From: Treponemataceae bacterium
Lineage (GTDB): Bacteria; Spirochaetota; Spirochaetia; Treponematales; Rectinemataceae
Reading direction: 5' to 3'
NCBI GenBank assembly: GCA_963667725.2
Contig: CAXXHO010000003.1
Span: 2,297,766 to 2,361,765, forward strand
DNA length: 64,000 bases
In this document: one piece after another, positions 30,846 to 39,375 of the stretch
Layout of the letters: every line of letters starts with the position of its first letter
Position numbering within the stretch: position 1 is the first letter of the stretch
Position numbers and translations under genes: made by a program
The notes under the pieces: generated by a model
Databases searched by the model: none
Told to the model about the DNA's origin: nothing
What the model saw: only the letters and a program-made list of their open reading frames with translations

Positions 30846-30964
30846 GACAGGACAACATGACCTGCAGGATCCACAGGCAGGACCCACGAGCCCTGCTTCG
30901 GATTGTATCCCGTATATCATGAAAATCCTGTCGTCCTGTCCAGCTATAAAATCCAGCTATAAAA
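30846..30964. repeat. Degenerate palindromic element built of CAGGAY units, followed by a 13-bp tandem duplication
   Basis: GACAGGAC(30846) pairs with GTCCTGTC(30933); TCCAGCTATAAAA occurs twice at 30939-30964. Confidence 0.6.
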
Positions 30965-30997
30965 AGGGCCAGCCAGGAATCGCTTCCCAGCTGGCCC
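30961..30997 (-). terminator. Terminator of the secreted FMN-motif gene
   Basis: Minus strand GGGCCAGC...GCTGGCCCTTTTT. Confidence 0.75.
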
Positions 30998-31050
30998 ATT
31001 CATCCACATCGCGACGAATTCAGCGAAGGCTGTTAGCCTCCGCCCCTGGA

Positions 31051-31926
31051 TTAGAAATTCACCAGGGCGTCAGCGATCGCCATTTTATAAGCGGTCTGGA
31101 GTTCCAGCGAATAGTGCTGGAAATCGGAATAGGTGGCGCCGGTAACGGCGTCGGCGACGACGTACACGCTGTCTTCGGCGGCGACATAATCGGCGGCCTT
31201 GGCATTTGCATCGACGTCCTTGTTCTCGAGAACGGCAATCCTGACCTTCTGGATCTTGGCGGCGCCGAAGTCCGCGGCGGGATTGGCCTTGAAGAAGTCG
31301 AGGGTGGCCGCGTAGTTATAGCGGTAGCCAATGGAATCCTTGGTGAGGGGCATGTAGGTCGCGTTCTTGTCGGCCTTGTTCATGGCGCCGTAGTGAACGG
31401 TTTCGGAAGCCTTCTTGCCGACGATGACTTTGGTGCCGTCGATTTTCACGTTGACGAGCTTGTCTTCCCTGGCGGCTTTCACATAAGCGGCAGCCCTGAG
31501 GGGATTGGACATGAGTCCTTCGAAATCGCGTTCATACTGGCGGGCGGGACGCGCGAAACCCTTGGCGCCGGGGGTGAACTGCGACCATACGCCAGGACCG
31601 CCCTGCACCTGATTCCAGATATAGAACATATAGCCCTTGATCTCGGGATCGCTGCTCGTGAGATTGGCGAAGGGATCGGGAGCGCGGACAACGGCGCCAT
31701 CGACGATGGATTTGCCGTCCGCCGAATTGTTCTCGGCCCAGCCGCCCGGACCCTGCCACTCTTCGAGAGAGGCCGACAGCACTTCGCCGGATTTTCCGAC
31801 CGAGACCGTGGCCGCGCCGACATAACCGCCCTGATGGGCCACGAAGTATTTGGTGGCGGTCTGCGCAAAGGCGACTGATCCCACGAGAGCAAATACTGCG
31901 AGGAATGCAATGAGTTTACGGTTCAT
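31051..31926 (-). CDS. Secreted/periplasmic protein with C-terminal flavinylation motif (putative divergent FMN-binding protein)
   Basis: SPI signal peptide (..SVAFA/Q); N-terminal GGYVG.ATVSV strand; C-terminal ADAVTGATYSDF plus helix; RBS AGGAGG. Confidence 0.75.
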   Translation of the reverse strand: MNRKLIAFLAVFALVGSVAFAQTATKYFVAHQGGYVGAATVSVGKSGEVLSASLEEWQGPGGWAENNSADGKSIVDGAVVRAPDPFANLTSSDPEIKGYMFYIWNQVQGGPGVWSQFTPGAKGFARPARQYERDFEGLMSNPLRAAAYVKAAREDKLVNVKIDGTKVIVGKKASETVHYGAMNKADKNATYMPLTKDSIGYRYNYAATLDFFKANPAADFGAAKIQKVRIAVLENKDVDANAKAADYVAAEDSVYVVADAVTGATYSDFQHYSLELQTAYKMAIADALVNF

Positions 31927-31944
31927 TCAATTTCCCTCCTACAG

Positions 31945-32006
31945 ACTTCGCCCTACCACAAGGTAGGGTCGAAGTAGATAATATAGTATATATACCTTTC
32001 TGACAA
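31945..32006 (-). promoter_or_regulatory. Sigma70 promoter and 5'-UTR stem-loop for the FMN-motif gene
   Basis: Minus TTGTCA(32006)-17-TATTAT(31983); hairpin ACTTCG-CCCTACC-acaa-GGTAGGG-TCGAAGT at 31945-31975. Confidence 0.65.
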
Positions 32007-32011
32007 TATAC

Positions 32012-32056
32012 AAAAAGCTGAATTTTATCGATAATTTTCTAGCGATAAAGCTCAGC
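32012..32056 (-). terminator. Terminator after Omp85-like gene
   Basis: Minus GCTGAgcTTTATCG...CGATAAAatTCAGCTTTTT. Confidence 0.7.
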
Positions 32057-32070
32057 CCAGGAAAGATCTG

Positions 32071-33210
32071 TCAGAAATGCAGGAGGAAGGTAATATTCCA
32101 GAAGAAACGCTCCCCGCCCGGGGTATAGAGGGCATAGAGGGGATCGTCCACCGGGAACTTATAGCCAGCGCGCGCTCCTATCTGGGCGAAATCGAATACG
32201 TTGATGGCGGCGCCCGCTCCGGCCGAGAATATCAATCCGTTTTTGTCGCCGCCCGTGGCCGCGTCGGGGCATTTGTAGAGTCCGTCGAAATAGCCGGCGT
32301 CCCCGAACAGATAGGCCATGGGCCTCAGGCCGGCGAGGCCGAAGAGTCCGGGTCCAATGAAGCGCAGGTCGAAGCTGGCCTCGGCCTTGGTGGTCGCCTC
32401 GTAGCCCCAGGTGCGGTATCCGCGTATGGAATCGCCCAGACCGTCGCGTATGGCGCGGCCGCCGAAGCTCGTGAGGACGTAGAGGGGGATATTCGATCCG
32501 CCGGCGTAATCGCCGGTGAGATAGCCCGCGGCAAATATCGAGACGGCGTCCAGATCGCTCTTTCCGGAGGAGAAGAGGGGCAGATAGCCTTCGATGGTGG
32601 CCGTGGCTCTATAGAAGTCGGTATCCCCGGAAAAGGCGAGGGCCGCGGGCGCGTACTCGAAGGAAATTTCGCCGGCGTACCCGCTCTTGAGGCGGCTGGG
32701 GCTTTTCTCCACCGCGTCGACGCCGATGCCGCCCAGGAATGATACGGAGAGCAGGCCTTGAGCGTCGGGGAAATATGCCGTCGAGAGGTCGGCCGAGTTG
32801 CTTTCCCATCGTCCTCTCGCCAGGCCGAAGAGCTCGACCTTGGGGCCGACGTCGCCTGGAAGCAGACGATAGAGGATGCCCGTATCCACTTCGGCGTTCG
32901 GCCAGTGGAACCAGTACGGATCGGGAAAGGAGGCCGGTTTCGCGATGGGGCTTCCGTCGCTGTCGTCGCGAAGGATGAGTCTATCCTCAAAGCCGCCCGC
33001 CAGCCTGATGGTGTAAAGGAGGCTGTCTCCCAAGACGGGGAACCGCAGTTCGATGTCGGCGCCCGTCGGCACGGGAAGGAAGCCCAGCAAGGCTCCGTTG
33101 AACCTGACTCCGTTGAGCGTGAATTCCATGCCCGCCGCCCCGGCTGACAGGGGGGCTCCAACCAGACAACACAGCGCGATAACCACGGCGATAAGCCTTC
33201 TGGTCTTCAT
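32071..33210 (-). CDS. Outer-membrane beta-barrel protein, Omp85/BamA-like barrel without POTRA domains
   Basis: Signal peptide, amphipathic strands, FGG..SIRGY loop-6 motif, YLFGDAG, C-terminal WNITFLLHF beta-signal. Confidence 0.7.
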   Translation of the reverse strand: MKTRRLIAVVIALCCLVGAPLSAGAAGMEFTLNGVRFNGALLGFLPVPTGADIELRFPVLGDSLLYTIRLAGGFEDRLILRDDSDGSPIAKPASFPDPYWFHWPNAEVDTGILYRLLPGDVGPKVELFGLARGRWESNSADLSTAYFPDAQGLLSVSFLGGIGVDAVEKSPSRLKSGYAGEISFEYAPAALAFSGDTDFYRATATIEGYLPLFSSGKSDLDAVSIFAAGYLTGDYAGGSNIPLYVLTSFGGRAIRDGLGDSIRGYRTWGYEATTKAEASFDLRFIGPGLFGLAGLRPMAYLFGDAGYFDGLYKCPDAATGGDKNGLIFSAGAGAAINVFDFAQIGARAGYKFPVDDPLYALYTPGGERFFWNITFLLHF

Positions 33211-33272
33211 CAATGCCTCCAATTTTCGGTCCTGCTTGCCAAACCTATCATAGATCATTATATATTTCAAAC

Positions 33273-34388
33273 ATGAAAAATGAGTGCGTCGAGAAGGAAG
33301 ATGGCAATGCTTCCTCTCCCAAACTGATAAAGAGCGTTTTCCTCGCGCTTCTCGCGGGACTCCTGATCAATGTCTTCATGGGACTTCTCGTCGATTTCAG
33401 GGAGCTCGGCACGGCATTCAAGGAAGCGTCGATCCTGAGCGTCGTGGCGCCCTTTCTCCTCATTTTCATGATCTATCTGATAGATACCTTACGCTATCGA
33501 CTGATATTCCGAAAGTTCGACATCAAGCTATCGTTCAGGGATGGTCTTTACAACAATGTCATCGGCTACTTTTTTTCCAACATCACGCCCGGTTCTGTGG
33601 GCGGTCAGCCTTTCCAGGTATACCACTTCGCCAAGCTGGGGCTGGATTCGACGGTTTCCTCAAATATCGTCTTCTCAAGGCTGATCGAGAGCAATTTCGT
33701 CCAGCTCCTCATCGTGATTCTTTTTTTCAATAAGGGCATCGGCATGATGTCGGGCATAGGAAAAGGCGCCTACCTCCTGGGCGCCGGCATGATCATCACC
33801 CTCGTGGCGACGGTCGTCCTCGTCCTGGGTTTCCTCAATCCTCACTTCCTGGGTGTCATCGCCCTCAAGCTGGAAAAATCCTGGCTTGGCAGACTTATTG
33901 CCAGGCTCACCAAGGACTCCTGCTGGGCGGAAAAAATGTCCGTTTGGAGCCAGGGGCTGGGAGAGGGTTTTAAAGTATTGTGGAGCAAGAACATGGCCAC
34001 GATGCTGCTCGATATTCTCATCTTCATGGTGGAACAGATGCTCTGGGCCATGACGCTCTATGTGCCGCTCTGCATTCTTACCGGCGCGGCACAGCCGTTT
34101 CCGGAATTTCTTCTGTCGTTCATCCTCTGCGGTCTTGTTTCGCTCTTCATCCCAACGCCCGGCGCTGCGGGAAGCATCGAGGCTTCCTACCTTCTCGTCC
34201 TGAGCGCCCTGACGGGAAAACCCGCCGCGACGATGAGCGCCATCCTCATCTGGCGTTTCGGCGCCTACTACATACATTTACTGGTGGGTGGGCTCACCTA
34301 CTTTTTCATACCGACGAGAAAAGCTGTCTACACCCTTGGCGAGGACGGCGTGCTCTGCCACATCAGACCCGATCGCCGCCGTCATTAA
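33273..34388 (+). CDS. Lysylphosphatidylglycerol synthase TM / flippase-like (UPF0104) membrane protein
   Basis: GYFFSNITPGSVGGQP, IPTPGAAGSIE, ILIWRFGAYY. Confidence 0.88.
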   Translation: MKNECVEKEDGNASSPKLIKSVFLALLAGLLINVFMGLLVDFRELGTAFKEASILSVVAPFLLIFMIYLIDTLRYRLIFRKFDIKLSFRDGLYNNVIGYFFSNITPGSVGGQPFQVYHFAKLGLDSTVSSNIVFSRLIESNFVQLLIVILFFNKGIGMMSGIGKGAYLLGAGMIITLVATVVLVLGFLNPHFLGVIALKLEKSWLGRLIARLTKDSCWAEKMSVWSQGLGEGFKVLWSKNMATMLLDILIFMVEQMLWAMTLYVPLCILTGAAQPFPEFLLSFILCGLVSLFIPTPGAAGSIEASYLLVLSALTGKPAATMSAILIWRFGAYYIHLLVGGLTYFFIPTRKAVYTLGEDGVLCHIRPDRRRH

Positions 34389-34394
34389 AGGATC

Positions 34395-35186
34395 TCAGGC
34401 TAATCCGCCCAGAAGCAGGCCCATGCCATAGGCAGCCGCCGCGGCGATGCCTCCGACAAAGAGCATTTCCAGTCCCGACACGAGCCAGCTTTTGCCGGTG
34501 ATCGTCGTCTTGAAAGCCCCAAGGCCGAAAAGCGTGGCGCCGGTGAGCAGGCACGCAAGGGTAAACTGCGCGCTCTTGAGCGCCGGTATGAAAAGAGCGA
34601 GTACATAAGCCGCGATCGGCAGGAAGCCGAATATGGCGAAGGAAAGAAAGGTGGCGAGCGCGTTCCCCATGGGGGATTCATCGTTCGGCATGATTCCCAG
34701 TTCTTCCACCATCATCGTATCCACCCAGGATTCCTTGTCCTTAGCGATGATCTCGACCACTGCGCTCGCGTCCTGGGCCGACATTCCCCTCGCCTCATAG
34801 ATCTCCATCAATTCGCGCTTTTCGCCTTCGGGATAGTTTTCCACTTCCCAGGCTTCGCGTTCCCTCTCGGCGGCTTCGTATTCGCTTTCGCTCTTGGAAG
34901 AGAGGTAGTCGCCGATCGACATCGAAAGTCCGTCGGCCACCAGGTTCGCGAGCCCCATGATGAGCACGATTCCCGGGGAAAGGGCAGCTCCGGCCACGCC
35001 GGCGACAGCCGCGAAGGTGGTGATCGTGCCGTCCAGGCCGCCGTAGATAACGCTCTTGATGTATTTTCCGCGCCCTGTCGTGTGCTGTTCATTCGCGCTG
35101 CCCGAAGGCATATGGGCCTTTTTGGCCGCGGCGGCGTCCTTGGTTTTCCAGGCTTCCCTGGCTTCGTCCAACCTTCGTGTCAGCAT
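34395..35186 (-). CDS. VIT1/CCC1-family Fe/Mn transporter
   Basis: IYGGLDG..TTFA, GLANLVADGLSMSIGDYLS, EREREAWE, MMVEELG. Confidence 0.92.
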   Translation of the reverse strand: MLTRRLDEAREAWKTKDAAAAKKAHMPSGSANEQHTTGRGKYIKSVIYGGLDGTITTFAAVAGVAGAALSPGIVLIMGLANLVADGLSMSIGDYLSSKSESEYEAAEREREAWEVENYPEGEKRELMEIYEARGMSAQDASAVVEIIAKDKESWVDTMMVEELGIMPNDESPMGNALATFLSFAIFGFLPIAAYVLALFIPALKSAQFTLACLLTGATLFGLGAFKTTITGKSWLVSGLEMLFVGGIAAAAAYGMGLLLGGLA

Positions 35187-35698
35187 CAGCGTTTCTCCTT
35201 GGGAGCGGGCGTCTCGATGAGTCCCAGCCCCTGGCGAAGCGCTCCGAGATGCCAGGCCGCGTGGGCGATATTACCGATCATGCCGAAGACTCTCTTGTCC
35301 GAACTCCATACGGCGGGGTCGGATATAGCCGTCTTGAGCGTTTCGAATTCCAGCCTCAGGGAGTCCTGGAACTCCTTCCACATCGTTTCGCTTACGGCTG
35401 TCGCCGCCCAGCTGCCTTTCCAATCAGCGTCGCGATAGGGATTCTCTCCCTTCATCGCCCTGTTGGCGAGGCTGAGGGCGTAATGGAGATGCGAGGCGTG
35501 CGATGCCGCCGTGGCGGCGTCTCCCGCGGTGAGCGGAACCGAAGCCTCGGCCGCGGAAAGATTTTTCAGCGTGCCAAGTATCCCGGAATCGGGATCCTCA
35601 TCGGTGAACCAGCTGCCCCCGCCGGAGGGACCAGCGAAGGCTTCGTTGAGAAGGAGGGCGACGCCTTGAGAGAGCAATTCAGCATTGACGATTCCCAT
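35186..35698 (-). CDS. DinB/YfiT-like four-helix-bundle protein
   Basis: LSAAEAS, ASHASHL, IAHAAWHLGALRQ; RBS GGAGG before ATG 35698; stop overlaps VIT1 start. Confidence 0.75.
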   Translation of the reverse strand: MGIVNAELLSQGVALLLNEAFAGPSGGGSWFTDEDPDSGILGTLKNLSAAEASVPLTAGDAATAASHASHLHYALSLANRAMKGENPYRDADWKGSWAATAVSETMWKEFQDSLRLEFETLKTAISDPAVWSSDKRVFGMIGNIAHAAWHLGALRQGLGLIETPAPKEKR

Positions 35699-35864
35699 TT
35701 TTATCCTCCACTGCGAATATACTGCCTCGAGGCCGCATTTGGAACTCCCGCGAATGATTCCCGACTCGCCCGCGACAGCGCCCGCGGCGACGCCGGGGTC
35801 TTGAGGAAAACACTTGTGGCCTCGAATCAATGGAGCTACCATATATGAACAGGCGCCCTTAAAA

Positions 35865-37595
35865 ATGACGGAAAAAATTCAATACCAATTTGTTCCTTAC
35901 CTGATTCCTCTGGCCGCGTCGGCGCTGATGAGTCTGGGCCTGTCGCTTTATGGGTTTGCCCATTGGCGGACCCATGGCGCCAGGGAATTGACGCTCTGCA
36001 CGATGGTGAGCGCCATGTGGGCGGGAGCGAACGCCTTCGAGATTGCCGGCATCGACCTTTCGACCAAGCTTTTCTGGGCTAACCTTCAGTACACCGCGTT
36101 TTCCATGGTTCCGCTTACCTGCCTCGCCATGGTCCTGCGTTTCTCGGACAAAGATCGGTTCCTGACATGGAGCAGGTCCTTGCCTGCCCTGATAATCCCC
36201 ATCGCGACATCGATCCTTGTTTGGTTCGATCCGCTTCTGGGCCTTGTGAGGCATTCGTTTTCTCTCGATACGCAAGGCGCCTTCTCCGTAATCGCCAAGG
36301 AATTCGGACCGTGGTTCTGGATACATTGCGCTTATTCCTATGGGGTCATGCTGTCCGCAATACTCGTGCTGATCGGAACGCTCCGCGAAAAAGGCACCTG
36401 CTACCGCCGACAGGCAGCCGTCTTTCTTATAGGATTCGGACTCGTATTCATGGTGAATATTTCCTATGTCCTGAGGCTGGGTCCGATCCGGCGATTCGAT
36501 CTCACGCCGATCGTGCTCTCCCTCTCCGCCATGATCTTCTGGCACGGGATATTCCGATACAGGCTCTACACGATTCTTCCGGTCGCGCGGAATACGGTCT
36601 TTGAGAGAATTGCTAATGGCATCCTGGTCATCGACAAGGATGGAGTTTTGATCGACTGCAATGACGCGGCCCAGCGGATATTCAGTCTGGATGTCGGGAC
36701 CTGCATCGGGCAAAACCTTCGCGAGCTTCACCCTGAGCTTCTCGCGACGGTGGACGCCAACAAACCTTTCAGCGATGGAAGTTTCCTGACGTTCCAGAAC
36801 GAGCTGCGCGTCGTCAATGGCGAAAGCGAGAATTTCTACAGTCTATCTGCTTCCCATCTCCTCGACTCGCGCGACTCCGACGCGTTGGTGCTGGTCGTGA
36901 CGGATATCGGCGAGTTCCGGAATGCCCACAATCAGATACTCAAACAACGTGAGGAATTGGCCGCGGCCGCGGAGAAAGACAAGCTTGGACAGGAAATGCA
37001 TGACACCATGGGTCAGATGCTCAATTTCGCCCTAATTCAGTGTGACGAAGCCCTGCGGGAAATGGAAAAGAACAACCTCAAGGCGGCTTCGGCCGCCATG
37101 ACGCGGCAGCGGAGACTGTTGACGACGTCGCAGGGCGATCTGCGCAATTTCGTCCATGAAACGCGCGAAGCCAAATACCTGAATGTCTCCCTTTCCGGCC
37201 TCCTCGAGAAGGAAGTCGCCAGCTTCTCGCAATGCTGCGATATTCCGGTTTCCATAAGGATTTCGCAGGCGATGAGAACCTATCCCTTTTCCATATTCCA
37301 GAAAATCAACATGGTCAGAGCGGTGAAGGAAGCGCTCAACAACATCGCCAGGTACGCGAACGCCACGAATATAATCATCAGTCTTGAATCAAGCGCCGAA
37401 GGAATCAACCTCAGCATCGAAGACGATGGCATTGGCCTCGATCTCGAAGGGAAGGATCGGCTGTGCCGTGATGGCCTGGATATGATAGAAGAGCGGGCTC
37501 TCGCGCTTGGCGGGAAGCGGGTGATCGAATCGAAATGCGGGGAGGGCACGCGCCTAACGCTGGTGTTTCCCATGACTGCCTTGGCCAAACCGTGA
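35865..37595 (+). CDS. Sensor histidine kinase: HisKA_7TM + PAS + HisKA_3 + HATPase
   Basis: 7TM N-terminus (KLFWANLQY, GPWFWIH..YSY, FDLTP), PAS, H-box EMHDTMGQ, EALNNIARYA, IEDDGIG. Confidence 0.88.
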   Translation: MTEKIQYQFVPYLIPLAASALMSLGLSLYGFAHWRTHGARELTLCTMVSAMWAGANAFEIAGIDLSTKLFWANLQYTAFSMVPLTCLAMVLRFSDKDRFLTWSRSLPALIIPIATSILVWFDPLLGLVRHSFSLDTQGAFSVIAKEFGPWFWIHCAYSYGVMLSAILVLIGTLREKGTCYRRQAAVFLIGFGLVFMVNISYVLRLGPIRRFDLTPIVLSLSAMIFWHGIFRYRLYTILPVARNTVFERIANGILVIDKDGVLIDCNDAAQRIFSLDVGTCIGQNLRELHPELLATVDANKPFSDGSFLTFQNELRVVNGESENFYSLSASHLLDSRDSDALVLVVTDIGEFRNAHNQILKQREELAAAAEKDKLGQEMHDTMGQMLNFALIQCDEALREMEKNNLKAASAAMTRQRRLLTTSQGDLRNFVHETREAKYLNVSLSGLLEKEVASFSQCCDIPVSIRISQAMRTYPFSIFQKINMVRAVKEALNNIARYANATNIIISLESSAEGINLSIEDDGIGLDLEGKDRLCRDGLDMIEERALALGGKRVIESKCGEGTRLTLVFPMTALAKP

Positions 37596-37654
37596 AAATG
37601 GGATTACAATAGATAAAATTCGGACTTCTCGAGTCCCAACAAGGAGCATTCATC

Positions 37655-38893
37655 ATGAAAGCGCTGAAGGAATCCACGACCGTATTGGTCCTCAACTGCG
37701 GCAGCTCGTCCCTGAAATACGAGGTGTTCCGCATGCCGGCACGCGAAAGCCTCGGCAAGGGACTCGTGGAACGCATCGGCGAGGCGGGAAGTTTTCTGGC
37801 GCAGAGTTCCCCTAAAGGGACGATCAGGGTCGAGGAGCCGATGGCCGATCATGGGCTCGCCATGGCCAGAGTCGCTAAAGCGCTCATCGATCCCAAATAT
37901 GGAATTATCGGCGACATAGACGAAATCGACGCCGTCGGCCACAGGGTCGTGCATGGAGGCGAGAGGTTTTCGTCCTCCGTCGTCATAGACGAGACGGTAT
38001 TGAAGGCCATCGAGGCGAACATCGAGCTCGCCCCCCTCCATAATCCCGCCAACCTCACCGGCATCCGCGAGGCGATGAAGATGCTTCCCGGCAAGCCCAA
38101 TGTTGCCGTCTTCGACACCGCTTTCCACCAGACCATGCCGCCGGCGGCCTACCTCTACGGCCTGCCCCGCGAGCTTTACGAAAAATATAAAATCCGCCGC
38201 TATGGGTTTCATGGCACGAGCCACCGCTACGTGGCGGCGCGCGCCTGCCAGCTCATGAAGCGCGCCCCCGAAAACACCAATCTCATAACCTGCCATCTGG
38301 GCAACGGCGCCTCGATCACGGCGGTGGAGAACGGCCGCTCGGTCGAGACCTCGATGGGCTTCACCCCTCTCGAAGGCCTCGTCATGGGCACGAGATGCGG
38401 CGATATCGATCCAGCCATCCTCGGTTTCCTTGAAGAGCGCGGCTACAGCTCCAAGGACCTAACGACCTTGATCAACAAGAAGAGCGGCCTCCTGGGTCTC
38501 TCGGGCATATCCAACGACCTGCGCGACATCGAAGGCGCCGTCGACCTGGGCAACAAGAACGCGATCGAAGCCCTCGACGTCTACGCGCACCAGGTGAGGA
38601 AGTACATCGGCGCCTATTCGGCTGAGCTCTTCAAGGTGGACGGCCTTGTCTTCACGGGTGGCGTAGGCCAGCATGGCGTGCGTATGCGCGAACGCATCTG
38701 CCATCGCCTCGAGAACATCGGCATCATCATGGATTATGCCAAGAACGATTCGAACGGCTCGCGGGAAGGCATCGTCTCGACCCTCTATTCCCCCACCACA
38801 ATCCTCGTCATCCCGACGAACGAGGAACTGCAGATCGCCCTCGATGTCGTGACGATCGTCTTCCCCGAACTCGCGGCCAAGGCAGGGTGCTGA
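37655..38893 (+). CDS. ackA: Acetate kinase
   Basis: LNCGSSSLKY, GHRVVHGG, APLHNP, FDTAFH, YGFHGTSH, HLGNGAS, PTNEE. Confidence 0.97.
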   Translation: MKALKESTTVLVLNCGSSSLKYEVFRMPARESLGKGLVERIGEAGSFLAQSSPKGTIRVEEPMADHGLAMARVAKALIDPKYGIIGDIDEIDAVGHRVVHGGERFSSSVVIDETVLKAIEANIELAPLHNPANLTGIREAMKMLPGKPNVAVFDTAFHQTMPPAAYLYGLPRELYEKYKIRRYGFHGTSHRYVAARACQLMKRAPENTNLITCHLGNGASITAVENGRSVETSMGFTPLEGLVMGTRCGDIDPAILGFLEERGYSSKDLTTLINKKSGLLGLSGISNDLRDIEGAVDLGNKNAIEALDVYAHQVRKYIGAYSAELFKVDGLVFTGGVGQHGVRMRERICHRLENIGIIMDYAKNDSNGSREGIVSTLYSPTTILVIPTNEELQIALDVVTIVFPELAAKAGC

Positions 38894-39370
38894 ATGGACG
38901 ATATCCTGAACCAATTGCTCGAACAGGAACGCGCGCTCCAGTTTTCCACCTTCGACGAGAACACGGCATGGGAACTTGGCTCTGCGATCGTCGCCGAAGC
39001 CAGAGCCCGCGCCCTTCCCATCGCGATCGACATAAGGCGCGGGGAACGGCAACTCTTCCACGCAAGCATGGAAGGCGCCTCGCTCAACAACGACAAGTGG
39101 ATAGAACGAAAAATCCGCACCGTCAACCTCGTCGGCCACAGCTCATTCTATGTCGCCAAACTGCTGGAGAGCCTCGGCAAGACGATCGCGGAAAAATATT
39201 TCGTCTCTCCCCTTGAATACGCGGCCGCAGGCGGCTGCTTTCCCATCATCGTGAAGGGCACAGGCATGGTGGGAACGGTGGCCGTCTCCGGGCTGCCCCA
39301 GGAAGAAGATCACCGACTCGTGACGGAGTGCGTGGCGGCCTTGATCCAAAAACAGAAAGCTTTAGGCTGA
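38894..39370 (+). CDS. UPF0303 / heme-degrading (HbpS/GlcG-like) domain protein
   Basis: QE..LQF..FD..AWELG, WIERK..TV, GGCFPI, VSGLPQEEDH. Confidence 0.88.
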   Translation: MDDILNQLLEQERALQFSTFDENTAWELGSAIVAEARARALPIAIDIRRGERQLFHASMEGASLNNDKWIERKIRTVNLVGHSSFYVAKLLESLGKTIAEKYFVSPLEYAAAGGCFPIIVKGTGMVGTVAVSGLPQEEDHRLVTECVAALIQKQKALG

Positions 39371-39375
39371 GCGAA

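Noticed and set aside
30712..33210. Integrative element at tRNA-Leu
   Set aside because: No integrase and no duplicated tRNA 3' end noticed
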